Shown here: positions 32,522 through 44,731 of the stretch, piece by piece | Layout: each line of letters begins with the position of its first letter | Numbering within the stretch: position 1 is the stretch's first letter | NCBI GenBank assembly: GCA_963706325.1 | Contig: CAVPLT010000001.1 | Span: 480,001-544,000, forward strand | Origin: an uncultured Nitrospiraceae bacterium | GTDB lineage: Bacteria; Nitrospirota; Nitrospiria; Nitrospirales; Nitrospiraceae | Reading direction: 5' to 3' | Length of the DNA stretch: 64,000 bases | The notes under the pieces: generated by a model | What the model saw: only the letters and a program-made list of their open reading frames with translations | What the model was told of the DNA's origin: nothing | Databases searched by the model: none | Position numbers and translations under genes: made by a program

Positions 32522-33442
32522 TCATTCGAGGTCTTCTTCGAAGAAGTCCGAGTCCACTCTTTTGATTTCATACGTCGAGGCGATAGACACACCCACATCG
32601 TGATCAATCATATAACCTGCTAACTGAGTGCCGCCGATGAGGATGATTCGAGAGGAGTATACCGACGCCAATGCATCTCTGGTGAATGTAGATGTGGTGA
32701 TGAAGATGCCTTTGGTTGCCTTCATTTTTGACAGCGCGCCGGCGAATTGATCAATGTCCGGGCTGCCCACCGGCTTGTCGTTCCACCGTTTTGCTTGAAT
32801 ATAGATATTGTCCAGCCCGAGCTTATCTTGGCGAATCACTCCATCGACTCCCCCATCTTTGCTCTTGCCCACAGCTTGACCAGCGTCCTTGAGTGAGCCC
32901 CCGTATCCCATTCGGACCAGTAACAGGATGACGAGTCGTTCGAAGAACTGAGGGCTGCATTTTTTCACCCTTTCGAGAACTTCCGATGCAAGAGCTTCTC
33001 GCAACCGCTCGTATTGGGTTGCTAACGATTCGATTGGCGTCTCGGCAGAGCCTGGGGCTTGGATTTCGACTTTATCCGTTCTACGATCCTTCTTGCGTCC
33101 CTGGAACTCCCGGAACTCCTCGAACTGCGACAGAAGGCTTCCATCGATGCGGACCGGTTTATTCTTGAGAACAGCCCGCCCACGATCAGTAACGCGGAAA
33201 TGTCCTCGCTTCGTTGCTTCAAGGAGACCGGCCTTTTGTAGATATGTACGAGCCCATGAAACACGGGAAGAGAATTTGAAGGTCCCCCCGCTCGGGAGAA
33301 GCTCATGCCGATCCTCGGTAGTCAGCTTGAACTGTACAGCCAATTGTTCAACGGCGACAACGAGCGGAACCTCCTGTCCATTCGCCTCCCCGGCGATCTG
33401 TAACAGAGGAAGCATTAGGGTTTCGTAGTCTGGAATTCCCAT
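32522..33442 (-). CDS. mrr: Mrr family type IV restriction endonuclease
   Basis: MGIPDYETLMLPLL, WARTYL, SPQFFERLV, DGGVDG, YIQAKRW, KGIFITTS. Confidence 0.9.
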   Translation of the reverse strand: MGIPDYETLMLPLLQIAGEANGQEVPLVVAVEQLAVQFKLTTEDRHELLPSGGTFKFSSRVSWARTYLQKAGLLEATKRGHFRVTDRGRAVLKNKPVRIDGSLLSQFEEFREFQGRKKDRRTDKVEIQAPGSAETPIESLATQYERLREALASEVLERVKKCSPQFFERLVILLLVRMGYGGSLKDAGQAVGKSKDGGVDGVIRQDKLGLDNIYIQAKRWNDKPVGSPDIDQFAGALSKMKATKGIFITTSTFTRDALASVYSSRIILIGGTQLAGYMIDHDVGVSIASTYEIKRVDSDFFEEDLE

Positions 33443-33888
33443 GGTCACATAAGGCGAAGGTTGAGCGGGAACCATGCTGGATCAGCCATTGGCATTCGCC
33501 TCAATACCTCACCACTCTTTGTCTTTGAGTTTATCCAACTCTTCAGGGTAAGCCGGAAGTCGAGGCTTGTGGATTTTTTTAAACAGGTTCTCGATTTCAT
33601 ACACTCCTGAATCTTCTCAAATCATCCGTTTCGCTCTACATACATATGGCAGACCCCCTTCTCGGCAATTTCGCATTCTCGAGGATCTTCGATCGACAAA
33701 ACATCCTCGGCGCCCATGAAAGCCACTACGCAAGTGCGTGGCCTCTTTGTTCGATCGCGCGCATTGAGAGAACACCGCCACATAACTCCTCAGAGGATCT
33801 GAGGTGATATGCTTCCACTGCGCACGTCGACCGAGGTCCTTCCCGGAGCGCGCGGTCCGCGAGCAAGGAAGCACATCGCCTCGGGTCC

Positions 33889-34926
33889 TCAATCCCCTGT
33901 CTGGCCGCTTGCGAAGAGGGCGTTCATGATGTCGTTTTTCTTGGCGGGATCTTTTTCGAGGCGGATGGCTTTGGAGAAGTTCTCGGCGGCGGTTTCTCGT
34001 TTTCCTTTGGCGGCATAAATTCGGCCGATGCCGTATAAAGCCTGGGCGTCTTCCGGGTTGGCCTTCACGGCGCGGTTGAACGCGTCCATGGCCTCTGCCG
34101 GTCGCCCCTTTTCCATCATCAACCACCCGAGAGCTGTGTGGGCGGATCCGAGATCCGGGTCAGCCTGTACGGCTTCCTGATATTCCCTCATGGCGAGTTC
34201 AGTCCGCCCTTTGGTTTCGTACACTCCACCGAGCGCGAGGTGAATCTCCGCATCTTGCGGATTGAGCCGCAGCGCTTCCTTGTAGGATTGCACCGCCGGT
34301 TCAAACTTTCCTTGCTCCGCCAGCGCGCAGCCGAGATTGGCATGGGCAATCGCGTCATTCGGATTGAGCTTGATCACCTCGCGATATTGCGGAATCGCCA
34401 TTTCGAGCCGGCCCTGCTCCTGGTAGGCTACACCCAGATTCGTGCGCGCCGCCGAAAAAGTTGGATCCAGCTTTACGGCCTCGCGATATTCCTTGATCGC
34501 CATTTCCAAGTGCGCTGTCCGCTCGTGAATTTGGGCTAAGAAATAATGCGGGTAGGCGGACTGCGGAGCCAGTCTGACGGCTTTTTTATAGGAAGCCATC
34601 GATTGTTCGGACTGTCCGGATTGAGCCAAAAACAACCCCTCCACCAAATGAACATGGGCATTGTCGGGGTGCTGCTCGACGATCGATTGGATCCAGCCAC
34701 GCACCTGGTCTATATCGTCGGCCTCCTGCAGCGCCTGCGCATGCAGCTTCCACGCTTCGGCGAAATCTCCCCGAAGCAGACGTGTCACATTCAGCGCAAA
34801 ATACGGACGCGGATCCTTCTCGCCGGCCGTCTCCGCCGCCCCGATCCAGGTCGCAGCCTCCTGCCCAAGCCGGTCCCAGTCGCCTGCCTGCAGAGCCGAT
34901 TCAATAAGGTGCTGGAGATCGTTCAT
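33889..34926 (-). CDS. Tetratricopeptide-repeat protein
   Basis: About seven tandem 34-aa TPR units. Confidence 0.9.
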   Translation of the reverse strand: MNDLQHLIESALQAGDWDRLGQEAATWIGAAETAGEKDPRPYFALNVTRLLRGDFAEAWKLHAQALQEADDIDQVRGWIQSIVEQHPDNAHVHLVEGLFLAQSGQSEQSMASYKKAVRLAPQSAYPHYFLAQIHERTAHLEMAIKEYREAVKLDPTFSAARTNLGVAYQEQGRLEMAIPQYREVIKLNPNDAIAHANLGCALAEQGKFEPAVQSYKEALRLNPQDAEIHLALGGVYETKGRTELAMREYQEAVQADPDLGSAHTALGWLMMEKGRPAEAMDAFNRAVKANPEDAQALYGIGRIYAAKGKRETAAENFSKAIRLEKDPAKKNDIMNALFASGQTGD

Positions 34927-34944
34927 AACAAAGATTAAATCTGG

Positions 34945-36426
34945 TCAACGCGTCAGGGCATCCTGAACATCCGGGGGAGTCGCCTGCATGCGTGCTCCAA
35001 GAATCGGGTATTGCTCGGTCAATTTCTGTTTCATCAGCCAGGCGATCGTACGATAGGACCAGTGGCCCTTCACCCCGGAACGCAGCTTCGCGATGTACTC
35101 GGCCTCCGCATAATCCATCTTGAAGAGGCAGCGCACCTTAAAGCCGAAGGGAATCGCATAGAGCGCCGCTTCCTGGCTCGATTTGCGGAGTTGTTCGATA
35201 TCCGACTTCACGTGCCCCATGGCCTCCCGATACTCGCGATCAATTCCCGCCTCTGCCAAGATGGGAGGGGTTTCGAACCCGTGCGCCGTGGTGAAGTTTT
35301 GTTGCACCTGTTGGCAACGTCGGTGTCGATGCATGTCGCGCCACCCCCCGATATCCATCGTGATGTCGAAGATGAACGCGTACCCGCTGCGAAATTCCTT
35401 GATCAACTCGTCGTACGGCCCGCGTTTCTGGAAGGCGACTTCGATGGTCGCCTGCTTTTGTTTCTCAGTCCAATCGCGAACGACGGCGAGAATCTTTCGA
35501 TAGGGAGCCTGCGAGGCCCGATACAGCAGCGTGGTGACAACCTCGTCTAGCGGATGATGCTGGGCGATTAAATCCACCGGCTCTGCGGCTTCCCAAGTTG
35601 ACGGTTGATCAAGACCAGTGCCCTTCATCACCTCTTTCGCATGCCGGGCAAGGTCGCTGTACACCTCCGCCTGGTAGGCATTGGGTTTCGCATAGCGCGC
35701 GAGCGTAGGAGCCATGGGCTCACCTAGTCCGGCCGCCTGCCCTGACAATTCACCCCAGAGATTGACCGGTGCTTTCCGACAGGCGTCTTGAAGCTCTTCT
35801 CCTACTAAACGTAATTCCGGCATTTGAGAGGAGAGCAGGCGCGTGATCTGTTTTTCAAGAGTACGAATACTCACCACCTGCCCCACGTTCGTCTGGGCGG
35901 CCAGTGGGAGCAAATAGCGAGTCACGTCGAATGCTCGCGCGGTGATCGCCCGCTGATAGGCGGCGGGAGTCATGTCGCCCGGGCGAGGCTCCCGTTCCGT
36001 GAGATATTGACTGAGTGGTTCATGAAGGGCGCGATACACCGTGGAGAGGCCCCGAAGAATGCCCAGATAGGTCGCTTCCGTCTCCTGTCCACGGATGGCA
36101 TCGGGAATAAACCAATTACTCGAGGCGAAGTTTTGATACCGGCTGGACTTAGCCTGCCCATCCCAGACCGGTTCATCTTCTAACCGGATCGCGGCGAGTT
36201 CGGAGATCTGCTCAAAACAAATGATCACATGGCCGAGATCCGCGATCGAGCCGTGACCGTAATCGAAATAAAACTGCTCCCAGAATTTTTCAGACGAATG
36301 GGTATGGACCCACTTGATGCTGTCTTCGATGGAATCCGGAGACCGGCTATAGCGAGCCAGCGCATAGGCGGATTTTTCCGGTGGCATCGGAGCCAGAGCG
36401 AGCACACGGCGGCCTTGAGTGGTCAT
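34945..36426 (-). CDS. thyX: Long, tandem-domain FAD-dependent thymidylate synthase (ThyX-like)
   Basis: YGHGSIADL, KSSRYQ, RYLLPLA in the N-half; RDMHRHR in the C-half; 493 aa. Confidence 0.8.
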   Translation of the reverse strand: MTTQGRRVLALAPMPPEKSAYALARYSRSPDSIEDSIKWVHTHSSEKFWEQFYFDYGHGSIADLGHVIICFEQISELAAIRLEDEPVWDGQAKSSRYQNFASSNWFIPDAIRGQETEATYLGILRGLSTVYRALHEPLSQYLTEREPRPGDMTPAAYQRAITARAFDVTRYLLPLAAQTNVGQVVSIRTLEKQITRLLSSQMPELRLVGEELQDACRKAPVNLWGELSGQAAGLGEPMAPTLARYAKPNAYQAEVYSDLARHAKEVMKGTGLDQPSTWEAAEPVDLIAQHHPLDEVVTTLLYRASQAPYRKILAVVRDWTEKQKQATIEVAFQKRGPYDELIKEFRSGYAFIFDITMDIGGWRDMHRHRRCQQVQQNFTTAHGFETPPILAEAGIDREYREAMGHVKSDIEQLRKSSQEAALYAIPFGFKVRCLFKMDYAEAEYIAKLRSGVKGHWSYRTIAWLMKQKLTEQYPILGARMQATPPDVQDALTR

Positions 36427-36672
36427 AGCGTCACGAGAATGAAGCCCAACAGATAGCGATCGAGAAGGCGCGTCATTGGCAATAACGTCATCCGGTTTGC
36501 AAGCTGGGCACTATACCCCCCTGCGACAAGAGGCGCAACTCGCGCGCCAGCGGTCATTCCTCATCGCTGCTGCATTAGACGGGTTCTTCGTGAGTATGCG
36601 CCCTCGTCTCCGCGTTGACTTGCCCGCGAGCCCACCGCTATATTCCCGCACCAACCTCACAGACGGCCCCGC

Positions 36673-37941
36673 ATGACCGACATGATTAAAGCAATTAAAG
36701 GCGTCAAGGATCTCCTGCCGGAGGAATCTCCGCGTTGGCGGTTGATTGAGGACCGCGCCAGACGATGGGCTCTGTGTTATGGATTTCAAGAGATCCGAGT
36801 CCCGATTTTCGAGGCCACAACGTTGTTTGCCCGTAGTATCGGCTCAACTACCGACATCGTGGAAAAGGAAATGTACACCTTTGCCGATCGGGACGGCACT
36901 TCTCTGACTCTCCGTCCGGAAGGGACCGCCAGCACGGTGCGCGCCTTCATCGAACATAACCGGGGAGCTGATCCTCGGCCCCAAAAATATTATTACCTCG
37001 GTCCCATGTTTCGGCATGAGCGCCCCCAGGCCGGAAGATTACGACAGTTTCATCAGTTCGGTGTGGAATCCTTCGGCGTTTCCGATCCGCGTGCCGACGT
37101 CGAAGTCATGTCCCTCCTGTGGTGGTTGCTCTCCGACCTCACTTTGCCGGGACTGACGCTTGAAATCAACAATTTGGGTTTCGCGGAAGATAGGGCCGTC
37201 TATAAGCCCATTCTGGTGGCGTTCTTGACAGGTGTGGCAAGCCGGCTCTGTGGAAATTGCCAGCGGCGTATCGAGTCTAATCCATTGCGCGTGTTGGACT
37301 GTAAAGTACCGGACTGCCGTCAGGCCACCGACGACGCGCCTCGATTGACGGATTCCCTCTCTCCGGAAGCACGGGGTCATTTCGACCGGGTCACGGCCGG
37401 CTTGGAAGCGATTGGGATTCCCTTTCACTTGAACCATAGGCTTGTTCGAGGCCTCGATTATTATTGTCTCACCGCCTTTGAGGTGACCTGTTCTCATCTG
37501 GGTGCCCAGAATGCCGTCGGCGCCGGTGGGAGGTATGATGGATTAGTAGAGCAATTGGGTGGTGCGGCGGTGCCGGCCGTGGGGTTCGCGGTGGGACTGG
37601 AGCGTATTGCGCTGATGTTGCCTCAGGATAGGACTCCTCCGGTGATCCCGCGAGTCTATGTGGCAGCCTTCGGTGCCCATGCCGCCGACGTTGGCTTTAC
37701 CCTCTTGGATGAACTCCGCCGTGCCGGTATTCCTGCCGATTTGGATTTTCGTGCCGCCTCGCTGAAGGCTCATCTCCGCCAAGCAGATCGCCTCGGTGTG
37801 CTGTATACGATTCTTCTGGGTGACGATGAGGTGACAAAAGGCTCGGTTACCCTTCGGAACATGCAGACAAAAGCACAGGAGGATCTGTCGTTGTCGGAAC
37901 TCTCTTCTACGCTCCTCGCACGGCTTCGAGACAAGGCTTAA
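36673..37941 (+). CDS. hisS: Histidine--tRNA ligase
   Basis: IVEKEMYTF, LRPEGTA, FRHERPQAGRLRQFHQ, LVRGLDYY, GGRYDGL. Confidence 0.97.
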   Translation: MTDMIKAIKGVKDLLPEESPRWRLIEDRARRWALCYGFQEIRVPIFEATTLFARSIGSTTDIVEKEMYTFADRDGTSLTLRPEGTASTVRAFIEHNRGADPRPQKYYYLGPMFRHERPQAGRLRQFHQFGVESFGVSDPRADVEVMSLLWWLLSDLTLPGLTLEINNLGFAEDRAVYKPILVAFLTGVASRLCGNCQRRIESNPLRVLDCKVPDCRQATDDAPRLTDSLSPEARGHFDRVTAGLEAIGIPFHLNHRLVRGLDYYCLTAFEVTCSHLGAQNAVGAGGRYDGLVEQLGGAAVPAVGFAVGLERIALMLPQDRTPPVIPRVYVAAFGAHAADVGFTLLDELRRAGIPADLDFRAASLKAHLRQADRLGVLYTILLGDDEVTKGSVTLRNMQTKAQEDLSLSELSSTLLARLRDKA

Positions 37942-37957
37942 CAGCTCCTTTTTATAG

Positions 37958-38094
37958 TTGACTTTCCTTCCAGAAATCCGTAGGCTCCGCCTTCTGAACA
38001 ATCTATATAAGTTATTGATTCTTAAGCGCTCTTAAAGTTTGTCCACAGACGTATCCTCATGATTCTTAAGAAGTTCGGAATCCTGTTATCCACA
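37958..38094 (+). promoter_or_regulatory. Promoter plus IHF consensus site plus DnaA boxes upstream of and inside the dsrE-like gene
   Basis: TTGACT-17-TAGGCT; 38008-38020 reverse complement AATCAATAACTTA = WATCAANNNNTTR; TTGTCCACA at 38039; perfect TTATCCACA at 38086. Confidence 0.65.
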
Positions 38095-38379
38095 CCCCCC
38101 TCACACCCGAGTGTTGAGACTGTTTTTGAACTCTCATCGGAAGCTCTTACACAAGGGGTTGATCTGTATCTGTATTTCATAGACGAGGGGGTAAAAAATC
38201 TTCGCGACCCGCGGTATGGAGAGCTCGTCGGACGCGGTATGAAGCTCTTTGTCTGTGCGTATGGCTGCCAGCAACACAAAATTTCGACCGACCAACTCGA
38301 CCCGCGCATTTCTCTCTGCGGTCTCGTGGTGCTGTCCAATATCGTCAATGGTTGCGACCGGTTTCTTGCATATACCTGA
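38059..38379 (+). CDS. DsrE/TusD-like sulfur relay protein
   Basis: LYFIDEGV and FVCAYGC (Cys at the active-site position). Confidence 0.75.
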   Translation: MILKKFGILLSTPPSHPSVETVFELSSEALTQGVDLYLYFIDEGVKNLRDPRYGELVGRGMKLFVCAYGCQQHKISTDQLDPRISLCGLVVLSNIVNGCDRFLAYT

Positions 38380-38397
38380 GCATACCCATCCTGAGGA

Positions 38398-38751
38398 ATG
38401 ACTGTGGCGGCAACTCTTTCCATTGCGCTCGTGATTCGCGAGGATCCCCGACTGACACATCGTCCTGTTGAGGCCTTGCGAATTGCCTTAGGGCTTGCAG
38501 CCGGTGAAAATCCAATGACCGTGATACTCATGGGGCAGGCAGTGCACCTCCTGGCCGAAGAGACGGATGATATTGTGGATGTTGAAATTCTTGAAAAGTA
38601 CCTGCCGTCATTTCAACATTTGGCTATTCCGTTCATCGTGGTTTTCCAAGGTCCGCATCCGGACCTTCAGGATGGGTTCGCCATCACAATGGGATCGAAG
38701 GAATCGGCTCAGCGCACCATCGCAGAGGCCGACCGGGTCCTCGTCTTTTAA
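38398..38751 (+). CDS. DsrF/TusC-like protein
   Basis: EALRIALGLA, VILMGQAV, C-terminal ADRVLVF. Confidence 0.7.
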   Translation: MTVAATLSIALVIREDPRLTHRPVEALRIALGLAAGENPMTVILMGQAVHLLAEETDDIVDVEILEKYLPSFQHLAIPFIVVFQGPHPDLQDGFAITMGSKESAQRTIAEADRVLVF

Positions 38752-38766
38752 CTGGTGTGACATCTA

Positions 38767-39039
38767 ATGCCTGCTCGGAAGACCCTTTATCTCTTGCGAC
38801 ATACTCTCGTGGATTCGGTGGAGTCTCTGCTGCCTGCGGCGTCGGCCACTGCATCTTCCGACAGCGTCTCCCTGGTGCTGCTCGAAGAGGCCGTCTCTTC
38901 GTCGCCATCGTTTCCAGGACCTATCTATGTGATTGAGTCGGTCTCTCGTCGTCCCACCACAGCCGCTGCGGTGCAAAGCATTTCATACCGGGAGTTAGTC
39001 ACTCTGATTGCAGAGCATGATGCGACTATTGTGCTGTAA
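38767..39039 (+). CDS. DsrH/TusB-like protein (divergent)
   Basis: LVLLEEAV and ISYRELVTLIAEHDATIVL C-terminus; third gene of the triad. Confidence 0.6.
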   Translation: MPARKTLYLLRHTLVDSVESLLPAASATASSDSVSLVLLEEAVSSSPSFPGPIYVIESVSRRPTTAAAVQSISYRELVTLIAEHDATIVL

Positions 39040-39403
39040 AAAAACTCTCTTCTCTTAAATATCTTTCATGTAAAGAGAAGATTCGGAGTCGTCGGAGTAG
39101 GAGTAGGCTATGTGGGTACTGTGGATGAATGATGAAGGGTCCATGGGCATTGACGCTCGAAGAGCCTAGCCCATGTTGATGAGATGGTGTATAAGGCAGC
39201 AGGCGCTCAGGGATAAGATGGGGTCACTTGTGTACGAGGTAGAGTGGGGTCGGTGGGATGTGCAGATGTCCACAAGAACTGAGAGTGCATTCGATTTCAT
39301 TGATGATGAAAGCCCGCGCCGACGCGACCAACTATGTATTTATCCACACCTGTGTATAAAGCTGTGAACATTCATAAGTATATGAATTTGTAGGATTAAA
39401 CAG
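39040..39403. other. Chromosomal replication origin (oriC)
   Basis: AT-rich tract, GAG-TAG-GAG-TAG trios, tandem boxes at 39111/39120, consensus boxes TTATCCACA (39340) and TGTGTATAA (39351), several degenerate boxes; gene orientation switches here. Confidence 0.85.
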
Positions 39404-40738
39404 ATGTGGAATGATGTTCTCGCATACATTCATGAAAAGGTGCCGAAGCAGGTTTATGAAACCTGGTTCACGCCGGTGGTCCTGGATCGCATTGAAGATA
39501 CGACGGCGTATTTGGCCGTGCCGAATAAATTTTTCGGAGATTGGTTAGACGAGCACTATCGCGATCTTTTGACGGAAGCCGTCTCTGTCGCACAGGGTGG
39601 CGGCCACCTCGATGTCTCATTCGTCATCAACAATAGGAAGACTCCTTCGCCGGTTCAACAGGACGGTGCCGCGCCGGATACCGCAGGACGAGGCTTCGTG
39701 GCTTCTCGATCGAAGCGCGGCGTCCAGTTAAATCCCAAGTACACCTTCAAAAGCTTTGTAGTGGGAGCCGGAAACCAGTTTGCCCATGCGGCCTGTATGG
39801 CTGTGGCCGAACAACCGGCAAAAGCCTACAACCCATTGTTTCTGTACGGTGGTGTGGGATTGGGGAAAACCCATCTCTTAAATGCCATTGGAAACTATTT
39901 GGCTGAACGGAGCGACCTACGCATCGCCTACCTGACCACCGAACAATTTACCAACGAGGTCATCAACTCGATTCGTTACGACAAGATGATCGACCTCCGG
40001 AAGCGTTATCGTAGCGTCGATATGCTGATGATCGACGACATTCAGTTTTTGGCCGGTAAAGAGCGCACACAGGAGGAATTCTTTCATACCTTCAATACTC
40101 TCTATGAGGCGCGGAAACAGATTGTTCTCTCGAGCGATCGTTTTCCCAAGGATATGCCGGATATCGAAGAACGGCTGCGCTCACGCTTCGAATGGGGGCT
40201 GATTGCTGACTTGCAACCCCCAGACGTCGAGACAAGAATTGCGATCCTGCGGAAGAAATCAGAGGACGAGCGAATAGCCTTGCCCGAAGACGTGATTCAT
40301 TTCTTGGCCATCACGATGAAGAACAACATTCGTGAATTGGAAGGCTCTCTCGTGCGCGTCGGGGCCTATTCGTCGCTGACGGGGCAAGTCATCACGCTCG
40401 AGATGGCGAAGAACGTGTTGCGTGACCTCATCGGCGACAAGAAGAAGATTGTTTCGATCGAAGACATTCAGGAGGCGGTAGGTACGAAGTATCATTTGAA
40501 GATCGTCGATTTGAAGTCGCGCCGCCGCAGCAAAACACTCGTGCACCCGCGCCAGATCGCCATGTATCTTTGTCGAGAACTCACCGACGCCTCATTTCCT
40601 GAAATCGGGCGTCAGTTCGGTGGCAAGGACCATACGACGATCATTCATGCTTGCCGGCAGATTACGAAGGCCAAAGAGGCCGACAGCACCTTGCAGACCA
40701 CGCTGGAAGGCTTGAAGGAACAGATCCTGAGAGCGTAG
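39404..40738 (+). CDS. dnaA: Chromosomal replication initiator DnaA
   Basis: YNPLFLYGGVGLGKTHL, IDDIQF, QEEFFHTFN, GGKDHTTI. Confidence 0.98.
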   Translation: MWNDVLAYIHEKVPKQVYETWFTPVVLDRIEDTTAYLAVPNKFFGDWLDEHYRDLLTEAVSVAQGGGHLDVSFVINNRKTPSPVQQDGAAPDTAGRGFVASRSKRGVQLNPKYTFKSFVVGAGNQFAHAACMAVAEQPAKAYNPLFLYGGVGLGKTHLLNAIGNYLAERSDLRIAYLTTEQFTNEVINSIRYDKMIDLRKRYRSVDMLMIDDIQFLAGKERTQEEFFHTFNTLYEARKQIVLSSDRFPKDMPDIEERLRSRFEWGLIADLQPPDVETRIAILRKKSEDERIALPEDVIHFLAITMKNNIRELEGSLVRVGAYSSLTGQVITLEMAKNVLRDLIGDKKKIVSIEDIQEAVGTKYHLKIVDLKSRRRSKTLVHPRQIAMYLCRELTDASFPEIGRQFGGKDHTTIIHACRQITKAKEADSTLQTTLEGLKEQILRA

Positions 40739-40763
40739 GCGCATTCTTTAGGGAGAGTTCGAC

Positions 40764-41894
40764 ATGAAGGTACGAATCGGGCGAGAGGAACTATTGACGG
40801 GCCTGCAACGGGTGCAGGGGGTCGTCGAAAAGCGGAACACCATGCCGATCCTCTCGAACATTCTGTTGGAAGCCAAACACGAGGGCGCTGAGATTGTGGC
40901 GACCGACTTGGAGATCGGGATGCGGGGCCTCTACAAAGCGACGGTCCTGGAGGCCGGCGGCGTCACCATTTCTGCGCGCAAGTTATATGAGATCATCAAA
41001 GAATTGCCCAATGGTGAAATCGAACTCACCTCGGGCGATAACAACTGGACCACGATTCAAGCCGGAAAGAGTCAGTTCAAAGTCGTCGGCCTTCCCAGCG
41101 GCGATTATCCTGCGTTGCCTTCCATTGAGCGGGAAGGCCTGACACCGCTGGCCGGTGCGGGGTTGTTGGAATTAATCCGCAAAACCCTATTCGCCGCCGG
41201 AGACAATGATGCTCGATATATTCTGAACGGCCTGCTGGTAAGCCTGACGACCACTGAAAATAAAACCACCCTGTTGCGCCTCGTCGGCACCGACGGTCAT
41301 CGCTTGGCGGTGGCGGAGCGCGAGGTCGGAACGGCCGGAGCCAAGCAACCGGCGCAAGACATCAAAGCGATCATTCCGAAGAAGGCCGCCCAGGAAATGA
41401 AGCGCCTTCTGGAAGAAGGAGGCGACGCCGAGCCGTTGATCGGTTTCACGAAAAACCTCATGATTTTTCGAAAGAGCGGTCTCCTTCTCACTTCTCGCCT
41501 GATGGAAGGCAACTACCCGAACTATCAGCAGGTGGTGCCGAAAGAAAGCGGTCGGCGCATCGCGGCGAACCGGGGACTGCTGGAAAGCGCCTTACGACGG
41601 GTATCGGTGCTGTCGAAGGACAAGGCCAACGCCGTCAAGGTGACCTTTTCGCCAGGCGGCATGACACTCTTCTCGAGTAATCCGGATTATGGAGAAGCCA
41701 CGGAAGAACTGGTGGCCCAATACGAAGGCGAGGCGCTCAACACCGGATTTAACGCCCGTTACCTCCTGGACGCCCTCAGCGTCATGGATGGAGAATCGGT
41801 CTCGTTACAAATGGACACCGCATTGAGTCCCTGTCTGATCCAGGAAGCCGAGAGTCCGGGATTCAAGTGCGTGGTCATGCCGATCAAGATCTAG
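40764..41894 (+). CDS. dnaN: DNA polymerase III beta clamp
   Basis: PILSNILL, ATDLEI, GTDGHRLA, GFNARYL, VVMPI. Confidence 0.97.
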   Translation: MKVRIGREELLTGLQRVQGVVEKRNTMPILSNILLEAKHEGAEIVATDLEIGMRGLYKATVLEAGGVTISARKLYEIIKELPNGEIELTSGDNNWTTIQAGKSQFKVVGLPSGDYPALPSIEREGLTPLAGAGLLELIRKTLFAAGDNDARYILNGLLVSLTTTENKTTLLRLVGTDGHRLAVAEREVGTAGAKQPAQDIKAIIPKKAAQEMKRLLEEGGDAEPLIGFTKNLMIFRKSGLLLTSRLMEGNYPNYQQVVPKESGRRIAANRGLLESALRRVSVLSKDKANAVKVTFSPGGMTLFSSNPDYGEATEELVAQYEGEALNTGFNARYLLDALSVMDGESVSLQMDTALSPCLIQEAESPGFKCVVMPIKI

Positions 41895-41910
41895 CAACAC
41901 ATGCCGTTAC

Positions 41911-42035
41911 ACAGGATGCCTAAAATGGCCGTTCGACAAGGCCGCTGCGAGTGGGGGGCTGAGGCGTATCCGTGCGGTACGTTGAGGGCCTGCGCGATGC
42001 GCGAATGCCGCCGGTGGACATTTGCGGGATTCTGT
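41911..42035. repeat. ~125 bp intergenic inverted-repeat element (REP/MITE-like)
   Basis: ACAGGATGCC...GGCCGC...GAGGCGTA..GGTACGTTGAGG...GGATTCTGT; homologous to 44593-44716. Confidence 0.8.
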
Positions 42036-42045
42036 TAGGAGTTGA

Positions 42046-44549
<2,504 letters not shown>

Positions 44550-44592
44550 CAAATCCTGCTCTAACAGCAGGGAACTTGTTTCTGTGCATTCG

Positions 44593-44716
44593 ACAGGATG
44601 CTCAAAATGGTCATCCGGCGCGGCCGCAGGCGAGAGAGGCCCGGAGGCGTACTCTCGCGGGTACGTTGAGGACTCCTTGATCCGAGAACGAAGCTGGGGA
44701 CCACTTTCAGCATCCG
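44593..44716. repeat. ~125 bp intergenic inverted-repeat element (REP/MITE-like)
   Basis: GGATGCTCAAAATGG / CCACTTTCAGCATCC termini; central GAGGCGTAC..GGTACGTTGAGG. Confidence 0.8.
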
Positions 44717-44731
44717 TGACGTGGAGGATAG

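Noticed and set aside
38059..39039. Dissimilatory sulfur oxidation (reverse Dsr) locus
   Set aside because: No dsrAB, dsrC or dsrMKJOP in the window; only the small relay-like triad
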